From: an uncultured Gemmatimonadales bacterium
GTDB taxonomy: Bacteria; Gemmatimonadota; Gemmatimonadetes; Gemmatimonadales; GWC2-71-9
Assembly: GCA_963825055.1 (NCBI GenBank)
Contig: CAWGSK010000012.1
Location: 512,001 to 576,000 of the forward strand
Reading direction: 5' to 3'
Length of the DNA: 64,000 nt
The stretch's first letter is position 1; every line of letters begins with the position of its first letter. The notes under the pieces are model-generated. The model had not been told where the DNA came from and ran no database searches. It saw only the letters and a program-made list of their open reading frames with translations. The translations under genes and the position numbers were made by a program. Positions 43,760 through 54,260 of the stretch are shown here, piece after piece.

Positions 43760-44683
43760 CTAGTCCTCGCCGATCAGGTTGCCGGCAAAGGCATCGGGGT
43801 CAAACGGCTGCAGGTCCTCCACCGCCTCGCCCAGGCCGACGAAGCGGATCGGGAGGCCGAGCTCGCGACAGAGCGCCACCACGCCGCCACCCCGCGCACT
43901 GCCGTCGAGCTTCGTCACGACGATGCCGGTCGGCATCACCGCGTCGCGGAACAGGCGGCCCTGCTGGATTGCGTTCTGGCCCACCGTCCCATCCACCACG
44001 AGGAGGGTCTCATGCGGCGCTCCCTCGACCTTCCGGGCCACGACACGATGAACCTTCCGCAACTCCTCCATGAGCCCTTCCTGGGTGTGGAGCCGGCCCG
44101 CGGTGTCGATGAGGACCACATCGACTCCGCGCGAGAGGCCGGCCTCGATCGCGTCGAACGCCACGGCAGCCGGGTCGCCGCCGGGTGCGCCCGCGACACA
44201 CTCCACCCCGATACGCTCAGCCCAGGTCTGAAGCTGGGCGATGGCACCCGCGCGCCACGTATCGGCGGCCGCGAGCAGGACCGAGCGCCCCGCGCGCTTC
44301 TCCCGCGCCGCGAGCTTCGCCGCCGTGGTCGTCTTCCCCACCCCATTCACGCCGACGACCAGGACCACAGACGGTCCGCTGGCGGGCCGGGCGAGCCGTT
44401 CCGGGTGCTCGGGACCGCGGACCATCTCGGCGAGCCGGGTGCGCAGTGACTCCCGCAGGTCCGCCTCGGTCTTGAGGCGACCTGCCCGGACTCCGTCTTC
44501 CAGTGCCTCGGTGAGCTCGACGGTGGCTGGCACGCCGAAGTCCGCCTCGATCAGCGTCCGCTCGATGGCCTCGAGGTCCGACGCATTGAGCTGCCGCAAC
44601 AGCGCGCTCACGTCGGTGAGCGCCAGGCGCTTGATACGCTTCCAGATGCTTTTCTTCTGCGTGCCGATACGGTCCGTCGCCAT
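43760..44683 (-). CDS. ftsY: SRP receptor FtsY (NG domain only)
   Basis: GVNGVGKTTT, DTAGRL, TKLDGSARGG; GAGGGG RBS before ATG 44683. Confidence 0.95.
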   Translation of the reverse strand: MATDRIGTQKKSIWKRIKRLALTDVSALLRQLNASDLEAIERTLIEADFGVPATVELTEALEDGVRAGRLKTEADLRESLRTRLAEMVRGPEHPERLARPASGPSVVLVVGVNGVGKTTTAAKLAAREKRAGRSVLLAAADTWRAGAIAQLQTWAERIGVECVAGAPGGDPAAVAFDAIEAGLSRGVDVVLIDTAGRLHTQEGLMEELRKVHRVVARKVEGAPHETLLVVDGTVGQNAIQQGRLFRDAVMPTGIVVTKLDGSARGGGVVALCRELGLPIRFVGLGEAVEDLQPFDPDAFAGNLIGED

Positions 44684-44751
44684 CGTGCCCCTCATGCGGG
44701 TGCCGGGTTCTGTGAGCCCGAAGTATAGCCACCCCCTCAGGCGGGATTCCG

Positions 44752-46546
44752 CTAGCGCAGACCGAGGCGCCGGCGGGCCAGCCATTCCCCGGCGAGTGCG
44801 ATGATGGCGAGCGCGAAGAGCCAGAGCCATCCACGCGCCGGGGAGGTCACGAGGGCCGCCCGCCGCACGGCTGTCCGCTCCTCCAGCGTTACCGGGCGCG
44901 GCAGCCATTCGGCGGACCAGGTGTCCACCACCACCACGCCATTCCCGCCCTCGGCGACGCGGTACTGCCACGTGCCAACCGGGAGCCAGGCCCTGGCGAG
45001 ACCCGCCCCGTCGAAGCGGAGTGAATCGCGGACCGTGCGGGCGGAGTCGACGAAGGTGACGGCAAGCGGCTCCGGTGCACCAGGACCGTTCCACTGAAAC
45101 ACCAGCGGCTGCGCACGATCGACCACCGCGCGCACCGGACGCGCCAGTCCGCGGGTGGAGTCCCGGCCGCCGAGCAGCCACGTGGCGCTGGCCGCTACGA
45201 GTGACCGGTACGCCTGTTCGCTGGATCCGCCCCGGAACGCCCACCGCCAGAGGCCGTCGGCGGCAACGGTAACTTCCCGGCGGCGCTCTCCCGGCCGGCC
45301 CACGATGACCGGGCGGGCGGCACCGCGACGTCCCGCCTGTGCGACCAGTCCCACCCAGTCACCATTGGCCGGCTCGATGGGGGTGACCTGGAGGAGGGGG
45401 GGAAAGGAATCGACCGGAAGGCCGGCGAGGGCGGCCCCCACCGGGGACCCGGGAGCGGACGTCGCGTACCAGTCACCGGGGAGGGTCGCCGCCCCGTTCT
45501 CCCCACTGGCCCACTTGAGCACTCCACGGGCGCCGGAACGCGACCCGTACTCCCCGACTCCGCCCTTCAGGACGAGCAGATCGGCGCCGCGCGCCGCGCG
45601 CGCGACCTCGCCCGCCGGACACGGTGGCGAGATTCTCCATCGAGCGCCACTGGTCACCCTGCAGTCGCACGTAACCGCGTACCGGCAACTGGGCGACATC
45701 GCCGAGAGTCCGGTAGAGAAAGCGGCTGTCCCAGTCCGCTGGGCCGGCCAGCAGGACCACACCGGGGGCCGCCGTCACGTCGACCACATGGCGGCGGGCA
45801 TCGTCACGCGGTTCCGCGTCATCCGCATGAACCACCTCCACCCGCAGGACAGCGGGACCTGCCTGCATCCCCCTAGACGTGGCCACCAGGCTGACCTCCG
45901 CACTGCCTCCGGCGAGCGCGACACGGCGCGTGTCGAGTTCGCGGCTCCCATGCATGAGGCGGATGGTGGCGCTGTCCGGCACATTGCCGCCCCCGGCGAT
46001 GACCTCCGCGCGGACCCGGAGCGAATCCCCGGCCGTGATCCTCGCGGGCCCGGCAATGGCCCCGATGGCCACGTCCGGATTCCGGGGGCGGGCCATCACG
46101 CGGATGGACACCTGCCGCACCACGTCGGGCGGCAGGTCGGCGGCATCCTCCACCTCACCATCCGTGAACACCACGACCGGACGGCCCGTGGCCACCGCGG
46201 GCACCAGCGCCGGGCGAAGCAGCGTCCGTCCCCGCTCCGCCAGCGAATCGGTGGGCGGTCGCTCGTCGCCGAACGTGCGTACCTCGCCGAGCCGGCTCGC
46301 CGAATCGGCCAGTGCGTTGAAGCGGGTGCTGTCCGCCCGCGCGCTCAGGGACCCGTCGAGCAGCACGAGCGGCGCTCCGTCACGCCCGGATACAGGGCAG
46401 CTCATGTTGGCCACGAGTATCCCCAGCGCCGACCAGGCGACGGCCCGGCAGGCCATGGGTACGAGCCCCCGCCGGCCCAGGCGTTCGAGACCGAGATACG
46501 TGGCGGCGGCCAGTGCCACGGCCGCGATGATAATCAGGATGAACAT
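44752..46546 (-). pseudogene. VWA-domain membrane protein split by a single-base frameshift near 45615 (or a sequencing error)
   Basis: 5' ORF has MIDAS-like LLDGSLS and VFTDGE; 3' ORF ends with TM plus EWLARRRLGL; the span is 1795 nt = 598 codons + 1 base. Confidence 0.7.
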
Positions 46547-46563
46547 GCAGGAAAGATAGGCTC

Positions 46564-46591
46564 CTCGATCTTCGACCTTCGACCTTCGACC
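46564..46591. repeat. Heptamer tandem repeat
   Basis: CTCGATC followed by (TTCGACC)x3 in the hisA-VWA intergenic gap. Confidence 0.8.
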
Positions 46592-46596
46592 CCACT

Positions 46597-47349
46597 TTAC
46601 GTCATCGGCGGCGGCCCCGTTTCATCAGGCCATGGGTCACAGCGCCGGATGCCCTCGGCGACGGTGAAGCGGCGCTCGTAGAGGGCGCGCCCGACGACCG
46701 CCCCTCCGAGTCCGGCCGTGCGCAGCGCATCGAGGTGATCGAGACTGCCCACCCCACCACGGGACACGATGTTCGGCGCGTGCTGGTGCAGGGCCGCCGC
46801 ACCGGTTGCGTCCGGTCCGGTCATGATCCCGTCGCGCGGGATATCGGTATAGATGATCGTGCGCACGCCTTCGGCGGCGACCCTTCGTGCCACCTCGTCC
46901 ACCCGCATCGTGCTGGTCTCGAGCCAGCCCTGGTACGCGACGTAGCCGAGTCGCGCATCGATCCCGACCGCCACGCGGTCGGGGCCGGCCAGGGTCAGGG
47001 CCTCCGGGATGAGCCCGGGCGTGATGACCGCGGCCGTCCCCAGCACGATGCGGGTGACCTCCAGTTCCAGGGCATTCTCGATCTGGCGGCGGTCGCGGAA
47101 CCCGCCACCCAGCTGGATCCGGACGTACGACCCGACCCGCGTGGTCAGGCGGCGAACCATCTCGATGTTGTCCCCGTCGCCGAAGGCCCGGTCGAGATCC
47201 ACGATGTGGATCCAGCGGGCACCCTGCAGCACAAACGCCTCCGCCTGCGCGACGGGATCCGCTTCGTACATGATTGCGGTCGAGGGGACACCCTGGCTCA
47301 GCCGGACGACACGTCCGTTGCGGATGTCGATGGCGGGGAAGAACTCCAC
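46597..47349 (-). CDS. hisA: HisA-family ProFAR isomerase (TIM barrel)
   Basis: PAIDIRNGRVVRL, HIVDLD, QLGGG, YTDIPRDG, GRALYE. Confidence 0.8.
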   Translation of the reverse strand: MEFFPAIDIRNGRVVRLSQGVPSTAIMYEADPVAQAEAFVLQGARWIHIVDLDRAFGDGDNIEMVRRLTTRVGSYVRIQLGGGFRDRRQIENALELEVTRIVLGTAAVITPGLIPEALTLAGPDRVAVGIDARLGYVAYQGWLETSTMRVDEVARRVAAEGVRTIIYTDIPRDGIMTGPDATGAAALHQHAPNIVSRGGVGSLDHLDALRTAGLGGAVVGRALYERRFTVAEGIRRCDPWPDETGPPPMT

Positions 47350-47363
47350 CGCGCTGTTCCGCG

Positions 47364-48635
47364 CTACTCGGTGGCGCCCTGGGCGGAGTGCTCGGCCTGG
47401 GCCAGTTGGGAGGTTACGGCCGGATAGAGCAGGTCGCCCAGCGTCGACCGCTGGTGCTCGAACGCGGCCATCTCCGCGTGCGGTACCGGCTGCCCGTTGC
47501 CGAGGTCGATCCGGCGGGAATCGACGGCGGTCCCGTTCACGCGGAACTCGTAGTGCAGATGCGGGGCGGTGGCGAGACCGGTGCTCCCCACGTAACCGAT
47601 GGTCTGGCCCTGGGACACCCGGGCGCCCGCATGAATGCCGCTGGCGAACCCGCTCAGGTGCCCATACCGCGTGGTAATGCCGTTCGCGTGGCGCAATTCG
47701 ATCAGGCGTCCGTAGCCGCCGGCCCAGCCCGCCCGCACGACCGTACCGTTACCCGCCGCCATTACCGGAGTACCCGCGGCGGCGGCGTAGTCCGTCCCCT
47801 GGTGCGCACGGACCACGTTCAGGATCGGGTGACGGCGGCCGGGGTTGAAGTTCGACGAGATCCGGCGGAACTGCACCGGCGCCCGCAGGAACGCGCGCTT
47901 GAGCGACTCGCCCTTGTCGTCGTAGAACTGCTCGGTCCCGTCGGAGGCCCGGTAGCGGAAGGCCGGCAGGTCCCGACCGGAGATCCGCAGTTCGCTGGCC
48001 AGAATCCTGCCGAAACGAACCTCGCCCAGTTCGGAGGTATCGCGCTCCAGCACCACGTTGAACTTGTCGCCCGGCCGGATGTCCCGGGTGAAGTCCACCT
48101 GCCACATGTACGTATCCGCCAGGTCCCAGGCCAGACGGGTCCGCTCGCCGCTGTCCAGCAGGCGATCATCGACCTGATCATCCAGGGCAAGGTACAGCGA
48201 ATGGTCGATCCCGCCCTCCACCCGCACCGTGTCCGTACTCCAGGCGATCGGCTCGGCGGCCGCCGTCCACCCATCCGCCGCCCGCTCGAGCTCTGCCCGG
48301 TTCTCCAGATTCAGGCGGAAGTGCACCTCGGACGGCACGGAATCCGCCATGTCGCGCCGGAACCGGAACACCAGGCCGGGGCGCATCCGGCGGAAGTCCA
48401 TCGCCAGGTCACTGGCGAGGCCGCCAAGGTCCAGCCCGGCCACACGGTTCCGGGCGAACAGGTCGGAAATCGTCTCGCCTGGCCGCAGGGTATCAACCGA
48501 TTCCGCCCAGGCCCGCGTCACCACCACCGCCGGCCCCTCGAAGTGCGGGCGCTGCCACGGCCAACTGCCCCGGGCGGCAAAGGCGGCCGCTGCCACCAGA
48601 ATGACCGCCGACGCGGCCAGGACGAGCCGTCGCAT
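47364..48635 (-). CDS. M23 peptidoglycan DD-endopeptidase (MepM-like)
   Basis: HQGTD (HxxxD), YGHL, TGLATAPHLHYE (HxH); N-terminal signal anchor. Confidence 0.92.
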   Translation of the reverse strand: MRRLVLAASAVILVAAAAFAARGSWPWQRPHFEGPAVVVTRAWAESVDTLRPGETISDLFARNRVAGLDLGGLASDLAMDFRRMRPGLVFRFRRDMADSVPSEVHFRLNLENRAELERAADGWTAAAEPIAWSTDTVRVEGGIDHSLYLALDDQVDDRLLDSGERTRLAWDLADTYMWQVDFTRDIRPGDKFNVVLERDTSELGEVRFGRILASELRISGRDLPAFRYRASDGTEQFYDDKGESLKRAFLRAPVQFRRISSNFNPGRRHPILNVVRAHQGTDYAAAAGTPVMAAGNGTVVRAGWAGGYGRLIELRHANGITTRYGHLSGFASGIHAGARVSQGQTIGYVGSTGLATAPHLHYEFRVNGTAVDSRRIDLGNGQPVPHAEMAAFEHQRSTLGDLLYPAVTSQLAQAEHSAQGATE

Positions 48636-49787
48636 TCAGTCCATCTGCCGTCGGATGAAGGTGGGAATTTCCATGTCCGGCACCTCGCCCTGTTTCCCCG
48701 GCTCGGCGGGCCGCTGCTCGGGCCGTGCCGGCTGCTGGGCGGCCGGCTGGCCGGTGCGCTTGGCGGGGAAGTTCAGGACGCCGGACGTCTTGCCGCCCAC
48801 CGCGCGAAGCGGGATTTCCGGGGACACGGTCTTGTCGAAGCCCGTCGCGATGACGGTGACCCGGACCTCGCCCTGCATTGCGGCGTCGGTTGCGGCACCG
48901 AAGATGATCTCGGCGTCGTCACCCGAGGCATCGTGTACGATCTCGCTGATCTGCGTGGTCTCGCCGAGAGTAAGATCCTCGCCACCCACGATGTTGATCA
49001 GCACGCCGGTGGCGCCCGCGATGGAGACGTTGTCGAGCAGCGGACTCGAGATCGCCTGCTGGGCGGCCTCCATGGCGCGGTTCTCGCCGCGACCGATGCC
49101 GGTGCCCATGAGTGCGGCGCCACCGTTCTGCATGATGGTGCGCACGTCCGCGAAGTCCACGTTGATGATGCCGGTCCGGGTGATCAGGCCCGCAATGCCC
49201 TGCGTCGCATGGAGCAGGACCTCATCGGCCTTCTTGAGCGCATCCTGGAACGGGATGCCCTTCCCGACGACCGCCAGCAGCCGTTCGTTCGGCACGACGA
49301 TCATCGTGTCGACACTCTTGGCCATCTCAGCGATGCCCATCTCTGCCTGGCGCATCCGCTTGCGCCCCTCGAAGAGGAACGGGCGGGTCACGATGCCCAC
49401 CGTCAGCGCGCCGGACTCACGCGCCATCTCGGCGATGATCGGGGCGGCGCCGGTACCGGTGCCGCCACCCATGCCGCACGTGACGAAGACGAGGTCCGCG
49501 CCGGTGATGCTGGCGGAGACCTCGTCCCGGTTCTCCTCGATCGCCTGGCGCCCGATCTCCGGACGCGCCCCGGCGCCGAGGCCGCGCGTCAGCTTGCGGC
49601 CGATCTGCACCTTGACGTCCGATTTCGAACTCGATAGCGCCTGCGCGTCGGTGTTCACCGAGATGAACTCGACCCCCTGGAGCTGTTCGTCGATCATCCG
49701 GTTGACGGCGTTCCCGCCGCCGCCGCCGACGCCAACGACTTTCATGCGCGCGTTCTGCGCGGTCGACTCTTCCAGTTCGAAGATCAT
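48636..49787 (-). CDS. ftsZ: Cell division protein FtsZ
   Basis: [25 protein letters not shown]-terminal [12 protein letters not shown]. Confidence 0.98.
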   Translation of the reverse strand: MIFELEESTAQNARMKVVGVGGGGGNAVNRMIDEQLQGVEFISVNTDAQALSSSKSDVKVQIGRKLTRGLGAGARPEIGRQAIEENRDEVSASITGADLVFVTCGMGGGTGTGAAPIIAEMARESGALTVGIVTRPFLFEGRKRMRQAEMGIAEMAKSVDTMIVVPNERLLAVVGKGIPFQDALKKADEVLLHATQGIAGLITRTGIINVDFADVRTIMQNGGAALMGTGIGRGENRAMEAAQQAISSPLLDNVSIAGATGVLINIVGGEDLTLGETTQISEIVHDASGDDAEIIFGAATDAAMQGEVRVTVIATGFDKTVSPEIPLRAVGGKTSGVLNFPAKRTGQPAAQQPARPEQRPAEPGKQGEVPDMEIPTFIRRQMD

Positions 49788-49809
49788 GGATGCACCCCGT
49801 GCGCCCGTA

Positions 49810-51063
49810 TCAGAAGAAATCCTGCAGCCATCGCTTGACCGGCCCGAGTACCTTCTCCATCGACTGCGACCGCCGTCCCGCCGCCCCCGTGCCACCCGAC
49901 AGCGCAAGCTGGCGGGCTCCGTACAGTATAAGGCCGGTGGCCACCGCCATGCGCGGTCGGTCCACGCTGTCCACCAGCCCGGTGAGCCCCTGCCCCGGGC
50001 AGCCGGCCCGCGCCGGGGTCGCGAAGACCTCCCGCGCCAGCTCCACGATACCCGGGGTCTCCGCCCCGCCCCCGGCCAGGATAACCCCCGCGGGCAGCCG
50101 CTGGTGGTATCCGGCCCGGGTGACCTCTTCGCGCGCGTACTCCAGCACCTCCTGCAGGCGCATGTGCATGATGTGCGCGAGGACCCGGCGGTCCGCGTTC
50201 CGGGGGCCCTGCCCCGGCGTACCGGGCAGCTCGAAGGTCTCGCCATCGGGCACGATCGGCTCGTACGCCGCGCCGTAACGCTCCTTGAGCCGCTCGGCAT
50301 CCTGCTGGGTGACCTGGAGCCCGTGGACGATGTCGCCCGTCACATGCCCGCCGGCGCAGAGCAGCGAGGCGGTATGGCGGATCTTCCCGGCGTGGAAGAT
50401 CGCGACGTTGGTGGAACCGCCGCCCAGCTCGACCAGAGCACAGCCGAGTTCCAGCTCGTCCAGCGTCAGCACCGCCAGGGAGGCCGCAAGGGGCTCCAGG
50501 ACGAACTCACCCACGTGAAAGCCGGCCCGCTCCACGCACTTTCTGAGGTTGAGCAGTACGCTCGACAGCACGGTCACGAGGTAGACCTCGGCCTCGAGCC
50601 GGGAACCGGTCATGCCGATCGGGTCGCTGATCCCCGCCTGCTGGTCGATCAGGTAGTCCTGGGGGATCGCATGGAGCAGCTCGTGGTCCCGGCCGAACGA
50701 GACGTTGCTGGCCATGTCGTTGACCCGGGCCACGTCGCCGGTACGGATCTCGGTGCCGGCCACGGAGACCATGCCGTGCATGCTCCGCCCCGCCACATGC
50801 TCGCCGGCCACGCCGCAGTACACCGTTCCGACCTCGACACCTGCCATCCGCTGGGCGTCTTTCATCGCCTTGGCGATGGCGCGGGTGGTCTCCTCGATGT
50901 CGCGGACAACGCCGCGGCGGATACCGCTGGTGCGTTCCGCGCCCACCCCGAGGATCCGCGCGCCGGGCACGCGCCCGTCGCCCTTCACCTCTCCAATGAC
51001 GGCCACCACGCTGGAGCTGCCGATGTCGAGGGCGGCGACCAGTTGCCGGGAGGGTGCGCTCAT
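49810..51063 (-). CDS. ftsA: Cell division protein FtsA
   Basis: [31 protein letters not shown]. Confidence 0.96.
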   Translation of the reverse strand: MSAPSRQLVAALDIGSSSVVAVIGEVKGDGRVPGARILGVGAERTSGIRRGVVRDIEETTRAIAKAMKDAQRMAGVEVGTVYCGVAGEHVAGRSMHGMVSVAGTEIRTGDVARVNDMASNVSFGRDHELLHAIPQDYLIDQQAGISDPIGMTGSRLEAEVYLVTVLSSVLLNLRKCVERAGFHVGEFVLEPLAASLAVLTLDELELGCALVELGGGSTNVAIFHAGKIRHTASLLCAGGHVTGDIVHGLQVTQQDAERLKERYGAAYEPIVPDGETFELPGTPGQGPRNADRRVLAHIMHMRLQEVLEYAREEVTRAGYHQRLPAGVILAGGGAETPGIVELAREVFATPARAGCPGQGLTGLVDSVDRPRMAVATGLILYGARQLALSGGTGAAGRRSQSMEKVLGPVKRWLQDFF

Positions 51064-51773
51064 GCCCCCGCCCCAGGCCTGGCCCCGCGGACCACGATCT
51101 GGCCCCGATACCGGGCGTCCAACTCGATCCAGGTCGTCCCCCGGGCCGCGAGATCCTCCGCCACTGCCGTCACCGCCGCTATCGCCTCCGCTGTGGCATC
51201 CGGCCGGAACCAGACGCGCGTCTCGTTGACCTGAAGCACCACGTCACCTCCCGAACGCCAGGCGGCCGAGGTTCGGCCGAAAAGCGACGGATCGAGGTCC
51301 CGCAACCTCCCCAGCAGGCCGGTCACCAGCGTATCCGGCCGGGCAAGCACCGGGAGATCAGGAGCGGTAGCCGCCGGGTCGAAGGGGAGGACCTCCCCGT
51401 GCGCGTCGATCAGCGACATGCCCTTCGACTCCGCGACCAGCGCCACCGGGCGCGCCTCCCGCACCCGCACCCGCACGGTGCCGGGCAAACGGCGACCCAC
51501 CGACACCTCCTGCACTCCGGGGACGGCCTGTACCGCTGCCCGGATCGGGGCGAGGTCGTCGAAGACGCTCGCATCCGCCGGGAGATCCAGCTCCGCCAGC
51601 AGTGTGCGGGGCCGGAGATACCGCACCCCCACGAACTCGATCCGGCGGAGCCGGAAGAAGTCGAGACCCCGCGCGAGCCGCGGCAGACCGAGCCAGGCGA
51701 GCGCCAGGAGCACCGTGCCCCCGAGCACGAGCCAGCCGGGGCGCCGCAGCCGGCTCAGGCGGCCTTGAGCCAT
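51060..51773 (-). CDS. ftsQ: Cell division protein FtsQ (POTRA)
   Basis: N-terminal TM, RRLPGTVRVRVREARPVA, ELDARYRGQIVVR; position before ftsA. Confidence 0.85.
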   Translation of the reverse strand: MAQGRLSRLRRPGWLVLGGTVLLALAWLGLPRLARGLDFFRLRRIEFVGVRYLRPRTLLAELDLPADASVFDDLAPIRAAVQAVPGVQEVSVGRRLPGTVRVRVREARPVALVAESKGMSLIDAHGEVLPFDPAATAPDLPVLARPDTLVTGLLGRLRDLDPSLFGRTSAAWRSGGDVVLQVNETRVWFRPDATAEAIAAVTAVAEDLAARGTTWIELDARYRGQIVVRGARPGAGA

Positions 51774-53122
51774 TCCACCAGCTCCCGCCCGACCCGCGTG
51801 ATGTCTCCAGCGCCCATCGTGACTACGACGTCGCCGGGCTGGACCAGTCCGGCTACGCGCCGGGTGAGCTCGGCCCGCACCGGCTCGTACAGGACCGTGG
51901 CGCCCGCCGCGCGGGCGGCGTCAGCCACCAGGCGCCCCGTGACACCGGGAATCGGCTGCTCCCGCGCAGGATAGATGTCTGCCACCACGACCAGGTCCGC
52001 CTTCGCGAGAGCCTGCCCCATGAGGTCGGCGTAGGCCTGCGTCCGGCTGAACAGGTGCGGCTGGAAGACCGCAACCAGACGGCGCCCGGGAAATGCCTGT
52101 CGCGTGGCGGAAAGCGTCGCCGCGAGTTCGCTGTGGTGATGCGCGTAATCGTCCACCACCGCCACCCCAGCCACCTCGCCCAGGCGCTCGAATCGCCGCC
52201 CGAGCCCCCGGTATTCCGCCAGGGCGGCTGCCGCACCCTCAAGATTTCCATCGAGGGCCCAGACGGCGCAGAGGGCCCCGGCGGCGTTCCGCACGTTGTG
52301 GAGCCCCGGGACGGCCAGCCTGAGGTCCACGGAACGCCCATCGGGAAAGCTGACCGTTGTCCGCGACTCCGCCGCTGACCGGGCGACCGGGCCGATCCGG
52401 ACATCCGCGCCCTCGAACCCGAACCAGTGGGCGCCGGACACCCGCGCGCCAACCCTCCGCGCCCCCGCATCATCTGCCCCGAGAAAAGCGTGCCGCGCGC
52501 GGGAGGCAAATTCGGCGAACGACGCCTCGAGGGCATCCACCGAACCATAGCACTCGAGGTGGTCGGCTTCGACATTGCTGACCACGGCCACCGTCGGCTG
52601 GAGCGCGAGGAAGGCCTTGTCGTACTCGTCGGCCTCGACCACGAAGAGCTGGTCATCGCCCGGGCGCGCGTTGCCGCCCCATTGCTCGACCCTGCCCCCG
52701 GCCAGTCCCGTCGGGTCGCGCCCCGCAGCGGCCAGGGCGAGGGTCGTCATGACGGTGGTGGACGTCTTGCCGTGCGTTCCCGCGAGCGCGACCGACTCCC
52801 GACCGCCGATCAATCCCGCCAGGGCTTCCTTCCGCGGGACAACCGGGATGCCCGCCGCCCGGGCGGCAGCAATCTCGGGATGATCCGGGGCGATAGCCGC
52901 CGTCACCACCAGGGCCCTCACCCCCTGGACGTGGCCCGCCGAGTGGCCGCGCTCCACGGGCACACCCTCGCCCAGGAGGTCGCCGGCGCCCGACAGATCA
53001 GCATCGCAGCCACTCACAGCCACACCCCGGCGGTGCGCGATGAGCGCCAGGGCGCTCATCCCCGCCCCACCGATTCCCATGAAGTGTACGGGTCGGGTAT
53101 CCGAGGGATTGAAAAGGTCCAT
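51755..53122 (-). CDS. murC: UDP-N-acetylmuramate-L-alanine ligase
   Basis: GIGGAGMS, GTHGKTST, EADE, DDYAHH, FQPH. Confidence 0.96.
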   Translation of the reverse strand: MDLFNPSDTRPVHFMGIGGAGMSALALIAHRRGVAVSGCDADLSGAGDLLGEGVPVERGHSAGHVQGVRALVVTAAIAPDHPEIAAARAAGIPVVPRKEALAGLIGGRESVALAGTHGKTSTTVMTTLALAAAGRDPTGLAGGRVEQWGGNARPGDDQLFVVEADEYDKAFLALQPTVAVVSNVEADHLECYGSVDALEASFAEFASRARHAFLGADDAGARRVGARVSGAHWFGFEGADVRIGPVARSAAESRTTVSFPDGRSVDLRLAVPGLHNVRNAAGALCAVWALDGNLEGAAAALAEYRGLGRRFERLGEVAGVAVVDDYAHHHSELAATLSATRQAFPGRRLVAVFQPHLFSRTQAYADLMGQALAKADLVVVADIYPAREQPIPGVTGRLVADAARAAGATVLYEPVRAELTRRVAGLVQPGDVVVTMGAGDITRVGRELVEWLKAA

Positions 53123-53132
53123 CCTTGGAGGG

Positions 53133-54260
53133 CTAATTTACACTCTCGCCATAAGTTGCGAAAGAGCGACCCTGTTGCCAGAGTGTCGAGAATCTAGACA
53201 CAATTTCATCCACTGCGTGAGGTCGACCCCGGCTTCGCGCGGCTTCGGACATGGCCTGCCGGAGGGCCGGGTCCTGCAGGATGGCGGAGACTTCCCGCCC
53301 CAGGCGCTCGCCGCTGAGGTCCCCCTGCTTCAGCATGATCGAGGCACCGGCCTCGGCCATCGCCTCGGCGTTGCGCATCTGGTGGTCGGCTGCTGCGGTG
53401 GGCAGCGGGATGAGAATGGATGGCAGGCCCCAGACGCAAAGCTCCGCGAGCGTGCTCGCCCCGGCCCGGGTGATGGCAAGATCCGCCACCGCGTAGGCGT
53501 CGGCGATCGGATCGAGGAAGTCCACGACGGTCCGGCCCGGTGGTGCATGCCAGTGTCGGAATTCATCGTGGGTGCCCCGTCCGGTCGCCCAGATGAGCTG
53601 GCAGGACGGGAAACTACCCGTCTCCAGCGCCTGTGCGACGGCACGATTGAGCGCCAGGGCGCCCTGGCTCCCGCCCGTGACCAGGACGACGGGAAGACCA
53701 GGCGCCAGGCCGAATCGCTCGCGAGCGGCGCCGCGGCGTGACGGATCTGCCGGCACGACGGGGTTGCCGGTATCGAAGAGGCTGGCATGCGGAACCGCGG
53801 GGAGTCCCGCACGGATCTCCGGCACGCCGAGGTAGATGTGTCGCACCCGGCGGGCAAGCCACCGGGTGGCGACCCCCGGAACGGCGTTCTGCTCCTGCAG
53901 GGCGCAGGGAATGCCCCGCCGGCTCGCCTCCCACAGGACGGGACCGGCTGCATATCCCCCCGTGCCCAGGACCGCCACCGGCGATTCATCCTGCAGAATG
54001 CGCCGCACCTGAGCGAGGAGGCGCCACGCGAGAATGGGCCACCGGAGGTTGCGCCACCACTGACGGCGATAAATGGGCTCAGCGGGCAGGAGGTAGTGCC
54101 GGAAGTCACGCGTCGGGAGGATGTCCCGCTCCACCCCGCGTTCCGCGCCAATGAGCACCGGCTCCACTTCGGGCCACCTCTCGCGGAGCCGCGTGGCTAT
54201 GGCCAGGGCCGGCATCAGGTGGCCCCCGGTACCGCCGCCGGCAATCAGGACCGTGGGCAC
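53133..54260 (-). CDS. murG: Lipid II GlcNAc transferase MurG
   Basis: GGGTGGH, EQNAVPG, GGSQGA, RAGASTLAE, DHQMRNA. Confidence 0.96.
   Translation of the reverse strand: MPTVLIAGGGTGGHLMPALAIATRLRERWPEVEPVLIGAERGVERDILPTRDFRHYLLPAEPIYRRQWWRNLRWPILAWRLLAQVRRILQDESPVAVLGTGGYAAGPVLWEASRRGIPCALQEQNAVPGVATRWLARRVRHIYLGVPEIRAGLPAVPHASLFDTGNPVVPADPSRRGAARERFGLAPGLPVVLVTGGSQGALALNRAVAQALETGSFPSCQLIWATGRGTHDEFRHWHAPPGRTVVDFLDPIADAYAVADLAITRAGASTLAELCVWGLPSILIPLPTAAADHQMRNAEAMAEAGASIMLKQGDLSGERLGREVSAILQDPALRQAMSEAARSRGRPHAVDEIVSRFSTLWQQGRSFATYGESVN

Noticed and set aside
48229..51234. 1001-aa plus-strand ORF, and other long antisense ORFs such as 4869-6902, 13864-15984, 47274-49637 and 59316-61073
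   Set aside because: Shadow ORFs opposite well-conserved genes; expected from stop-codon scarcity in high-GC DNA; no recognisable motifs
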